Position numbers and translations under genes: made by a program. DNA of 23,230 nt from an uncultured Deferribacteres bacterium (GTDB lineage Bacteria > Zhuqueibacterota > Zhuqueibacteria > Zhuqueibacterales > Geothermadaptataceae). The stretch covers positions 1-23,230 of the forward strand of contig CAXHAT010000132.1 in assembly GCA_964014485.1 (NCBI GenBank), written 5' to 3'. The notes beneath the pieces were generated by a model that had not been told where the DNA came from, made no database searches, and worked only from the letters and a program-made list of their open reading frames with translations. Below are positions 15,197 through 23,230 of this stretch, in pieces. How positions within the stretch are numbered: the stretch's first letter is position 1; each line of letters starts with the position of its first letter.

Positions 15197-17659
15197 ATGA
15201 CGCTATCAATCGAATCCATTAAAAAAGAAATCTTTCAAGCCGCCGCCCAACTTCATCCAGCCGTTGCACCGCGAATTTTGCGGGCGTTTTCAGCCGCCGC
15301 TAAAAATATTGAAAAGCCTCTTTCGGAAAAAACTCTTGCCGATTTCCGAGCTGAATTCATGCTTGCCTTCGAGGGCGCGCCGCCCAAACTTTCCGCTTCG
15401 AATCGCAAACAAGATGTTTTGCCGCAGACGACGGCAGGCGAGCTAACGGAAAAGAATCAACGTCAAATCGTGCGGGATTTGGACGCGGCGTTTGAGCGCG
15501 TTCGCATCAAAACCAGCCTGAAAGACTCGGAAAAGCTGGACATTTTGCAAGGCATGGTGCGCACGCGCCATCTCGACGCCAGATTGAAAAAACTGTTTAT
15601 GAGCGGCGAAGTGAAGCTGCCGAACGGCCAGTCGTTTCAGGGAAAGGGTTTTCGATCCACCGGACAGGAAGCCATTTACGCGGCGGGTTTGCGTCTAAAA
15701 AAACAACCCGAATGCGCAAATCCTGAAGATTATACAGGCGATATCGTCGCGCCAATGATTCGTGATCTTGGACTTGCATTGGCGATGGGGCTAAAACCCT
15801 TTGACGTTATGGCCGCTCAAATGGGCAAGATGGGAAAGCCAACATTTGGCAAAGATATTCATGTCGGAGATTGGGCCATCGGCGTTTTGCCGCCTGCCGC
15901 GCCGATCACGATCAGCACGTGTACTATGGCGGGCGTCGGTCTGGCGCTCAGAGACACGGGGCGCGTCGCAATCAATTGCAACGGCGACGGCGGGATTTCT
16001 TCGGGCGAATGGCATGAATCGATCAATTTCGCGGCGGTGCAAAAACTGCCCATCGTTTTTGTTCTGCAAAATAATCAGATTGCGCTCTCGACCTCGACGA
16101 ATGAGCAATTCGCCTGCGACATCTTGGCCGAAAAAGCCGCCGGGTACGGCATTCGAGGAATCACTGTTGACGGGACGGATCCGGAGGCTGTTTTTGCTTC
16201 AGTCACGGAAGCTGCGGACGCTTGCCGAAAAGGCGAGGGGCCGGCGATCGTGGAGCTGGTTTCGATGAGAATGTGCGGGCACGCGCACCATGACGACATG
16301 TTGTACTTTGGCGCCGAACCGGACGATTTCATCAACTATCCAGAATTGAAAGAAGGCGCTTACATCGATCCAGAAAAATACGCATTCTGGCGTTCAAAAG
16401 ACCCGATCCAAACCTACAAACGGCGCTTGATGGACGAGGGCGTTTTAACTGAGCGAAAATTCGAACGGCTGACGCAGAACGTCAGCGAGGAAATTGAGAC
16501 GGCGGCGCAGCAACTCATCGCCGCCGATTGGCCGCCAGCCGATGATGCTGCCAGGCCAGTTGTCGCAGGCGGGAGTTGGTTATTCGCGCTTGAGAATCAT
16601 GCTGAAAACGACAAGGCTTTCCCGGAGATTGCTTTTTGGAATAGCGATGAGCCAATTGGGTTTGAGGCAAACAAGGACGGAAAAACTTTTTGGCAGGCGA
16701 TTGATGAAGCCCTCGCGGAAGAAATGCGCAGAGATCCGAATACATTTCTTTTGGGCGAAGATATTGGCGGCGGATACGGCAACGCCTTTGTTATTTTGAA
16801 ACAGTTGCAAGAAGAATTTGGCGACAGGCTCATGAACACGCCGCTTGCCGAAAGCGTTATTCTCGGCGCGGCGACGGGAGCGGCGCTGTTGGGCAAACGG
16901 CCAATCGCCGAAATGCAATTTAACGATTTTGTCGCCAGCGGCTTCAATCAGGTCGTCAATAATATGGCGAAAATTTATGCGCGCTGGCGCCAGCCGGTTC
17001 CGGTGACGATCCGTATGCCCTGGGGCGGATTGCGCAGCGCCGGGCCTTACCATTCACAAAATACCGAAGCCTGGTTTTACCGCACGCCCGGATTAAAAAT
17101 CGTTTGCCCTTCAACGCCGGTGGAAGCGAAAGCCCTGCTCAAAGCCGCAATTCGCGATGATAATCCGGTGATGTTTTACGAGCATATCGCGCTCTATCGT
17201 GCTGCGGATATCAAGCAAGTTTTGCCATCGGAGAAAGACGACTTTGTTTTGCCCATTGGGAAAGCGCACTTGAAAAAAGAAGGGAAGGATGTTAGCATTA
17301 TTACCTATGGCGCATATGTCCATCGGTGCTTAAAAGCGGCGGCGGCGTTGGAAAATGAAGGGATTTCTTGCGAAGTGCTCGACCTGCGCTCAATTTTGCC
17401 GCTGGACAAAGACGCGATCCTCGCGACTGTTGCGAAAACGGGGCGCGCGCTGATTGTTCACGAAGACAGCAAAACCGGCGGCGTCGGGCAATCTGTTGCA
17501 TCGATTATTGCTGAAGAAGCGTTCGAATTTCTCGACGCCCCGATTCGCGTTCTCGGCGCTTTGGACGCCCCGGTTCCCTACAGCCCCCCGCTTGAGGAAG
17601 CGTTCCTTGTAAGCAACGAGCAGATTGTTTCGGAAGTGCGCCAACTCGCGGCCTATTAA
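15197..17659 (+). CDS. Fused 2-oxoacid (probably branched-chain) dehydrogenase E1 alpha/beta subunit, TPP-dependent
   Basis: Alpha: STGQEA, GDGGISSGEWHESINFAAVQKLPIVFVLQNN (TPP motif), RMCGHAHHDD, DPI. Beta: LLGEDIGG, NTPLAE, EMQFNDF, GPYHSQ, EVLDLRSILPLD, LDAPIRV. Confidence 0.92.
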   Translation: MTLSIESIKKEIFQAAAQLHPAVAPRILRAFSAAAKNIEKPLSEKTLADFRAEFMLAFEGAPPKLSASNRKQDVLPQTTAGELTEKNQRQIVRDLDAAFERVRIKTSLKDSEKLDILQGMVRTRHLDARLKKLFMSGEVKLPNGQSFQGKGFRSTGQEAIYAAGLRLKKQPECANPEDYTGDIVAPMIRDLGLALAMGLKPFDVMAAQMGKMGKPTFGKDIHVGDWAIGVLPPAAPITISTCTMAGVGLALRDTGRVAINCNGDGGISSGEWHESINFAAVQKLPIVFVLQNNQIALSTSTNEQFACDILAEKAAGYGIRGITVDGTDPEAVFASVTEAADACRKGEGPAIVELVSMRMCGHAHHDDMLYFGAEPDDFINYPELKEGAYIDPEKYAFWRSKDPIQTYKRRLMDEGVLTERKFERLTQNVSEEIETAAQQLIAADWPPADDAARPVVAGGSWLFALENHAENDKAFPEIAFWNSDEPIGFEANKDGKTFWQAIDEALAEEMRRDPNTFLLGEDIGGGYGNAFVILKQLQEEFGDRLMNTPLAESVILGAATGAALLGKRPIAEMQFNDFVASGFNQVVNNMAKIYARWRQPVPVTIRMPWGGLRSAGPYHSQNTEAWFYRTPGLKIVCPSTPVEAKALLKAAIRDDNPVMFYEHIALYRAADIKQVLPSEKDDFVLPIGKAHLKKEGKDVSIITYGAYVHRCLKAAAALENEGISCEVLDLRSILPLDKDAILATVAKTGRALIVHEDSKTGGVGQSVASIIAEEAFEFLDAPIRVLGALDAPVPYSPPLEEAFLVSNEQIVSEVRQLAAY

Positions 17660-17692
17660 CGGCGACGGGCAGGACATGAATCATCAAACTCG

Positions 17693-19423
17693 TCAGTTAT
17701 TCGCAAGTGCCAGTTTGAACGCCGCCATTTCTTGGGCGTTGCGAATCAGCAGCGTGTCGTCAACAAGAACAGGGTGGTTCCACGTTTTGCCCTTAATCGC
17801 CGGGAACTTTGCGATTTCGCTAAACTTTTCCGGGGCCGCTTCTACGAGCGCTAAATTGCCCTTCTCGGAAATCACTAACAGCAAATCCTGGTCAGGAAGC
17901 AAGACAAGCTGACCATGCCCATAACGCCCGCCTTTCCATTTTCGTTTCCCGTCTGCAAGATCAATACAGGCCATAATGCTGCCATCGAATCCGTAGGCAT
18001 GGCCGCCATGCATGACAATGTCGTTAAAGTAGGGTTTCAGCCGATTTGAAGTCCAACGTTCTTCGGTCGCCCAGCCGCCGAGGTCTTGTGAAATAGCGAT
18101 GCGTCGCGTCCCGATTCCTTCGCTGAAACCTGAGCCGATTACAAGATCGCCGTTCGGAGTGAGAATCGGCTGGACGATGCGGGAATCCGCCGGCCAGACA
18201 TGCTCCCAAAGCAGTTTGCCGTCGAACGGCGCGACGCTGAGTGCACCGGCTCCGCTCAAGAGCAAAATCTGCGGCACGCTTTTGATAATCATCAGGTGGG
18301 GCGAGCTATATCCGTAACCGCCTTTGGGGCTAAACCACCGCGGATCGCCGGTAGCCAAATCATAGGCGACCAGCTTACCAACCGCAGCAACGATCACGAG
18401 ACTGTCAACCACCAATGGCGAGCTTGAAAATCCCCAGTCCGGAACTTTCACTTCGGCGTCGACAGCGAGGTCTCTTTTCCAAATAACAGAGCCGTCATTC
18501 GCGTTAAGTGCATTGAAAATTCCGGTTGCGCCCAATGTAAAAAGACGACCATTATTGTAAGTTGGCGTTGCGCGCGGGCCTGCGCCGCCTATGGATTCCC
18601 AGAACCGAGCCTGGTCGCTATGTCGCCATACTAACTCCCCGTCACTCATTTTATAGCAAGCCACGATTTCATCTTCGCCGCGCTGCTCCTGGGTATAGAA
18701 TACGTCGCCGCGAACAGTGAACGACGACCAGCCAGGGCCGACTGGTCTACGCCAGAGTTCTACCGGCGGCGACGCCGTCCAATCTGTTTGGATTTGGGCG
18801 CCGGGAACAACGCCGTTGCGATTCGGACCGCGAAAGCCGGGCCATTGAGCTTCAACATCTGTAGTCACGGCAAATGCAGTCGGCGTCTCGTCGGCATTGG
18901 CCAAAAGACGTTCTTCCGAGGTTTCCGTCCAGCGCCATGCGAGTTCATTACTGAAATCGCCGGTGGTTCCATCGCTGCGTGCCAGCGCCCAAGCTGCGCA
19001 GGATAAAAGGATTGCCGCCGCCATCGTCACGCGCCGAACGAAATTGGAAAGGCGTCTGGTTGCTGCGGCCCAGACAACAAATGCGAGAAAAAGCGGAGGA
19101 ATAGCATAAACGATGAATAACATCCCCTGACTTGCCGTTGCAATTGATTCATGGAGAATAAACGGCGCCGCGAAGAGAGCAATAACCATTAAGACGACTG
19201 CGCCCAAGCGCTCAACCCACTCTGCGCGACTAAAAAACACCCACCAGAGAATAAGCGCTGCTGCACCACCGAAAACGCCTGCCATTACACTGAACGCAAA
19301 GGCGTCAGGTGCAAAGACGGGAACGACAAACCGCGCCAACCACATGATTGCTACAAGGACGACGCCCGGCCAAAGCCGGAGCGGTTTCCGCGCCGTCGTT
19401 TCATCAGTTTTTACATCAGACAT
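17693..19423 (-). CDS. Membrane-anchored PQQ-binding-like (BamB-like) beta-propeller protein, paralog 1
   Basis: Several N-terminal TM helices, then WPGFRGPNRNG, LWRRPVGPGWSS, GPRATPT, WGFSSSP and GKTWNHPVL. GAGGA RBS supports ATG 19423 over the track's TTG 19441. Confidence 0.88.
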   Translation of the reverse strand: MSDVKTDETTARKPLRLWPGVVLVAIMWLARFVVPVFAPDAFAFSVMAGVFGGAAALILWWVFFSRAEWVERLGAVVLMVIALFAAPFILHESIATASQGMLFIVYAIPPLFLAFVVWAAATRRLSNFVRRVTMAAAILLSCAAWALARSDGTTGDFSNELAWRWTETSEERLLANADETPTAFAVTTDVEAQWPGFRGPNRNGVVPGAQIQTDWTASPPVELWRRPVGPGWSSFTVRGDVFYTQEQRGEDEIVACYKMSDGELVWRHSDQARFWESIGGAGPRATPTYNNGRLFTLGATGIFNALNANDGSVIWKRDLAVDAEVKVPDWGFSSSPLVVDSLVIVAAVGKLVAYDLATGDPRWFSPKGGYGYSSPHLMIIKSVPQILLLSGAGALSVAPFDGKLLWEHVWPADSRIVQPILTPNGDLVIGSGFSEGIGTRRIAISQDLGGWATEERWTSNRLKPYFNDIVMHGGHAYGFDGSIMACIDLADGKRKWKGGRYGHGQLVLLPDQDLLLVISEKGNLALVEAAPEKFSEIAKFPAIKGKTWNHPVLVDDTLLIRNAQEMAAFKLALANN

Positions 19424-19481
19424 TTCTCTTTCCTCACTCAATGTTCAATTTTACAGGCGGGCAATGCAGAAAAACATTTTT

Positions 19482-21248
19482 TCAGTAACTAGCAACTGAA
19501 AGTCGGAACGCCGCCATCTCTTTGGCATTACGAACGAGCAGAATATCATCGGCGAGCGCCGGGTGGTTCCAGGTTTTGCCTTCGATTGCAGGAAACCTTG
19601 CAAGTTCATTGAAATTTTCAGCCGTTGCTTCGACTAAAACCAGCTCCCCGTTTTCTGATAGCGCCATTAAGACATTCTGTTCAGCATGAATCACAACCTG
19701 CCCGGCGCCGTAACGTCCGCCTTTCCATTTTCGTTTACCATCTTCAAGATCAACGCACGCGAGAATGTTGCCGTCAAAACCATACGCATGACCATTGTGT
19801 ACCACAAAATCGCTATGATAGGGCTTTAAGCGATTTGACGTCCAGCGTTCTTCAACTTTCCAAGCGCCGCCTTCTTGAGAAATTGAGATTCTGCGCAGAC
19901 CGTTTCCTTCCCCTGCGCTAAGAACAAGATCGCCGTTTGCCATTAAAGCTGGTTGCGCGATACGGACATATGTCGACCACTTGTGCTCCCAAAGCAAAGC
20001 GCCGTCAGCCGGGGAGACGCTCGTCGCTCCGCCGTCGGCCATCAATAGTATTTGACGAACATTATCGATGGTTAATAAATGTGGTGAGCTGTAAGTGTTG
20101 GTTTCTTGCGGTCTAGTCCAGCGCGGTTCACCAGAATCGGCGTCGTATGCGACGAGCGCTCCTGAAACTGAAATAACGACAAGACTATCGACGATCAAAG
20201 GCGAGTTGGAAAAACCATACCACGCGGCAAGCGGCGGGAGTTTTACTTCAACGTCGGATGTTGCGTCACGCGACCAAATAACTGAACCGTCGCTCGCGTT
20301 GAGTGCGCTGACAAGTCCTGTCGCTCCAAATGTATAGACTCGACCCTTGCTCAAACTCGGCGTCGCGCGCGGGCCTGCTCCGGCATGAGATTCCCAGAAT
20401 CGCGTCTCATCGCTGTGTTTCCAGATTGGCTCGCCCGTGGTTAAATTGTAGCAAGTCACCAATTCTTCATCGCCGCGCTGTTCCTGTGTATAAAAAAAGT
20501 CGCCTTGCACCGCAAAAGAAGAGACTCCCGGCCCAACCGGCCTCCGCCAAAGCTCAACCGGCGGCGATGCGCCCCAATCGGTCTCGATCCGTACGCCGCG
20601 AACAACGCCGTCGCGATGAGGCCCGCGAAAGCCCGGCCAGTCAGCTTCAGAGTCCAGCGCTAAAGCAGCCGTTGAAAGGTTTGCAGGCGCGTCTTCAGCC
20701 TGCGCAAGAAACTTTTCTTCCGCAGTTGCAGACCACCGCCATGCAAAGTCTTGATGAGCGCCAAAGTACATGCCGTCCGTTCTGACAAGCGTAAACCCGA
20801 CGCAAGCAACGAGAATGCTTACAGCTATGGTTCTAATTCGCACACCTGAGGACGCCCGGCGACCAACCGCCGCCCCAAGAACCAAAGCAAGGCCCATAAA
20901 CGGGATGACGAAGAACGGAAACATGAAGCCCATCATCGCGGTCGAAATCGATTTATCAATGAAAAATGAAGTAATGAATGGCAGGACAACCAGCAAAGCA
21001 ATGACGCTCAAACGTTCAGCCCAGGTTGTTTTGCTAAAGAAAAGCCACCAGACAAGTATTCCAAGCGTACCGCCTAAAACGCCGCCGAGCACGCCGAATT
21101 GTAGAGCCTCCGGTACAAAAACAGGCAGGACATACCTTGCAAACCACATCAGCGCTACAATAACAACGCCCGGCCACAGCCGGAGTGTTGTCCGTCCAAC
21201 TGATTCTACAACATCTTCACCAGGTCGAACTGTTTCTTTGATTGACAT
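19482..21248 (-). CDS. Membrane-anchored PQQ-binding-like (BamB-like) beta-propeller protein, paralog 2
   Basis: Same architecture and motifs as paralog 1 (LRLWPGVV, WPGFRGPHRDG, GPRATPS, GKTWNHPAL). GAGGA RBS upstream of the ATG. Confidence 0.88.
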   Translation of the reverse strand: MSIKETVRPGEDVVESVGRTTLRLWPGVVIVALMWFARYVLPVFVPEALQFGVLGGVLGGTLGILVWWLFFSKTTWAERLSVIALLVVLPFITSFFIDKSISTAMMGFMFPFFVIPFMGLALVLGAAVGRRASSGVRIRTIAVSILVACVGFTLVRTDGMYFGAHQDFAWRWSATAEEKFLAQAEDAPANLSTAALALDSEADWPGFRGPHRDGVVRGVRIETDWGASPPVELWRRPVGPGVSSFAVQGDFFYTQEQRGDEELVTCYNLTTGEPIWKHSDETRFWESHAGAGPRATPSLSKGRVYTFGATGLVSALNASDGSVIWSRDATSDVEVKLPPLAAWYGFSNSPLIVDSLVVISVSGALVAYDADSGEPRWTRPQETNTYSSPHLLTIDNVRQILLMADGGATSVSPADGALLWEHKWSTYVRIAQPALMANGDLVLSAGEGNGLRRISISQEGGAWKVEERWTSNRLKPYHSDFVVHNGHAYGFDGNILACVDLEDGKRKWKGGRYGAGQVVIHAEQNVLMALSENGELVLVEATAENFNELARFPAIEGKTWNHPALADDILLVRNAKEMAAFRLSVASY

Positions 21249-21330
21249 TTTTCTTCCTCACGTTAAAAAAACAGGTTTATCACACCTGAACAGATCACCG
21301 CCTAACGCGAGCATAACGGGCGCAGAACGT

Positions 21331-22014
21331 TTAAAGTTTCGATTCTACTTTCTTGGCTACAACGATCTCCGATGGAATTCCCCAGGGAGCAACGCAAGCA
21401 GTGAAGAGAATTTGCCAATGCGCAGGGTTCAGGCTGGAAGCGAGCTGAATGGGGCGGCAGCCGCCGACAATTTGCGGGCGAATACGATGAATTTGTTTCC
21501 AAGCTGATGCAACGGTCTTTGAGACAAAACCGCAGCCCGTCGACAAGACGCTCAAGCACACAAGGCCGTTTGGGGATAAAAGTCGATGCGCTTCGAGCAG
21601 CAGATTGTCGATGTTTTTCTGCGATAGCAGTTCCAGAACGTAGGTCGAAATGAATCGATCAAAGCTGTTGGAGGGGAAGTTAAACTGCAGGCCGCCGTCC
21701 GTCCTTTCTACTGAAGTGCGTTCGCTAAATCGAGCCAAACGATTTTGGGCGAGCGAAACCATTGTTGAGCTTAGATCAACTCCGTGGTAGTTAGAAGAAT
21801 CCGGCAAATGTTCTGATAAAATTATCTCTGCTAAGCGTCCAGTGCCAACTCCAAATTCAAAAACCGAGGCGGCATTTTCAAGATCGGCATTTTCGATCAG
21901 CTTGTGAATCGCTGCGTCTTCATAAAATGCTTGTCTGTCCTGCTTGGCGCCAAACGCATCATAAAAACGCTTTGCCTGGCTCGTCGTCAATATTGATTGG
22001 TCATCGTTTTTCAA
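21331..22014 (-). CDS. Class I SAM-dependent methyltransferase
   Basis: Motif I VFEFGVGTG, GVDLSSTM, FPSNSFDRFISTYVLE and HRLLSPNG. The TTG start overlaps the upstream gene's TGA (TTGA), so the start is uncertain. Confidence 0.85.
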   Translation of the reverse strand: MKNDDQSILTTSQAKRFYDAFGAKQDRQAFYEDAAIHKLIENADLENAASVFEFGVGTGRLAEIILSEHLPDSSNYHGVDLSSTMVSLAQNRLARFSERTSVERTDGGLQFNFPSNSFDRFISTYVLELLSQKNIDNLLLEAHRLLSPNGLVCLSVLSTGCGFVSKTVASAWKQIHRIRPQIVGGCRPIQLASSLNPAHWQILFTACVAPWGIPSEIVVAKKVESKL

Positions 22015-22976
22015 GGTTCTGGCTCCAAGGAGACGGGGTACAAATCGCCTGCGAGATACTTCAATCCAGTATCGACGGCGGCGGTGACAACGGTTTTTCC
22101 TGCACCAAGCTCTTGCGCTAACTGAAGCGCGCCGACGACGTTCAATCCCGTCGAAGTTCCTGCAAAAACGCCTTCTTCGCTGGCCAAGAGTCGCGCCGTT
22201 CGCCGCGCTTCCCGTTCTTCGATCCCGCGAGCTTCGTCATACAAATCGCGATTCAACAAGGGCGGCGTAAAGCCGATTCCAATGCCTTCAACGTCATGAT
22301 CGCCGGGACTGCCGCCCGAAATGACGGCGGTAGACGCAGGTTCCAATGCCACAATTTTCACTTCGGGATTGGCTGTCCGAAGTTCCTGAGCAACGCCCAT
22401 CAGCATGCCCGCCGTACCAACGCTGCCGCAAAAAGCGTCGATCCGCCGGTCTATTTGCCGCACAAGCTCTCGCCCGATGTTCCGATAGCCCGTGATGATA
22501 TCCGCGTTGTGAATTTGATTCGTGAAGTAATAATCCTCTGATTCGGCCAAAGATTCAGCTTTTTCCATCATCTTTGGAATTAAGTCAGGAGTCGTTTTGC
22601 CGCTTTCGCTAGGGATAATAAAAAGATCGGCGCCAAAGGCCTTCATCGTCTGAAGTTTTTCTCGTGCGAAAGCGTCCGACGAAACGACCTTGAAATGATA
22701 CCCTTTAACGGCGCACACAAAAGCGAGCGAAGAGCCTGTGCTGCCGCCGGTGTATTCCACGACGGTCATTCCCGGTCGCAACGCTCCTCTTTTCTCAGCT
22801 TCGTCAATCATGGCAAACGCCATCCGGTCTTTGTAAGAACCGGTCGGATTGAAATACTCCAATTTGACAAAAATATCAGCAGCGCCTTGGGGAACAATTT
22901 TGTGGAGTTGTACAATCGGCGTGTTGCCAATGGCGTCCAAAGCGGTTGGCGAATTCGGACGATACGTTTCTTCCAT
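22011..22976 (-). CDS. PLP-dependent cysteine synthase family protein (CysK/CysM-like, divergent active site)
   Basis: IGNTPIVQL, FVKLEYFNPTGSYKDR (PLP lysine), GSVGTAG, EEGVFAGTSTG and DTGLKYL. GGAGG RBS upstream of the ATG. Confidence 0.9.
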   Translation of the reverse strand: MEETYRPNSPTALDAIGNTPIVQLHKIVPQGAADIFVKLEYFNPTGSYKDRMAFAMIDEAEKRGALRPGMTVVEYTGGSTGSSLAFVCAVKGYHFKVVSSDAFAREKLQTMKAFGADLFIIPSESGKTTPDLIPKMMEKAESLAESEDYYFTNQIHNADIITGYRNIGRELVRQIDRRIDAFCGSVGTAGMLMGVAQELRTANPEVKIVALEPASTAVISGGSPGDHDVEGIGIGFTPPLLNRDLYDEARGIEEREARRTARLLASEEGVFAGTSTGLNVVGALQLAQELGAGKTVVTAAVDTGLKYLAGDLYPVSLEPEP

Positions 22977-23230
22977 TATATTCCTCCGTCAGCTTCGGCG
23001 AGTCTTGCGGCAAGGATTGCGTTCGACTCGCGAACAATTCCGGAGCCGAAAATCAATTTAATCGGGGTTGTTGTTTTCAAGATAGAGCTTGTCGAACAAC
23101 ACGCCAGAATTTAAAAGCGAAACGAATCCTTAACGTGCCAGGCGCCGCGACGTGTGCACCGTTGGCAAGCGGGAACCGCCGATCGTTCGAGGGTAGGGGC
23201 CCCAACCACGTGGCCTGCTGGCAGCGGGGT

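Noticed and set aside
14995..15222. 75-aa ORF in the SLC13-E1 gap
   Set aside because: TTG start with no clear RBS. It lies across the palindromic element and has no transposase motifs.
21300..21330. attC-like half site (minus strand ...CCCGTTATGCTCGCGTTAGGC) after the methyltransferase
   Set aside because: GTTRRRY is present, but there is no matching RYYYAAC and the space is too short for an attC. No integrase or second attC is in the window.
20770..21507. 245-aa plus-strand ORF
   Set aside because: Antisense to the PQQ-propeller and methyltransferase genes.
22998..23031. Hairpin GCGAGTC...GACTCGC upstream of the cysteine synthase RBS as a SAM/SAH riboswitch
   Set aside because: It lacks SAM-I or SAH consensus elements, and a 7-bp stem alone is insufficient.

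Overview
Bacterial window of about 50% GC. A FlgD-Ig/Por-type C-terminal tail and an orphan MacB-type permease suggest an FCB-superphylum lineage such as KSB1 (inference). In order: (1) an AddA/RecB-like UvrD helicase-nuclease on the minus strand, running off the left edge and missing from the ORF track; (2) a divergent MacB/FtsX ABC permease; (3) a minus-strand module of a sigma-54 NtrC/NtrX-type regulator, a histidine kinase with a lipoprotein signal and seven Ca-binding DxDxDG (FG-GAP-like) repeats, and a large secreted repeat protein; (4) an SLC13 transporter with four TrkA-C domains; (5) a ~197-bp palindromic MITE-like element; (6) a fused E1 alpha/beta 2-oxoacid dehydrogenase; (7) two tandem membrane-anchored PQQ-like beta-propeller paralogs, a SAM methyltransferase and a divergent cysteine synthase. 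The best candidate for an undescribed system is the three-gene module. Three YGTC-N10-GACR palindromes and a sigma-54-like promoter are visible in its intergenic DNA. No rRNA, tRNA, CRISPR array or transposase was seen.
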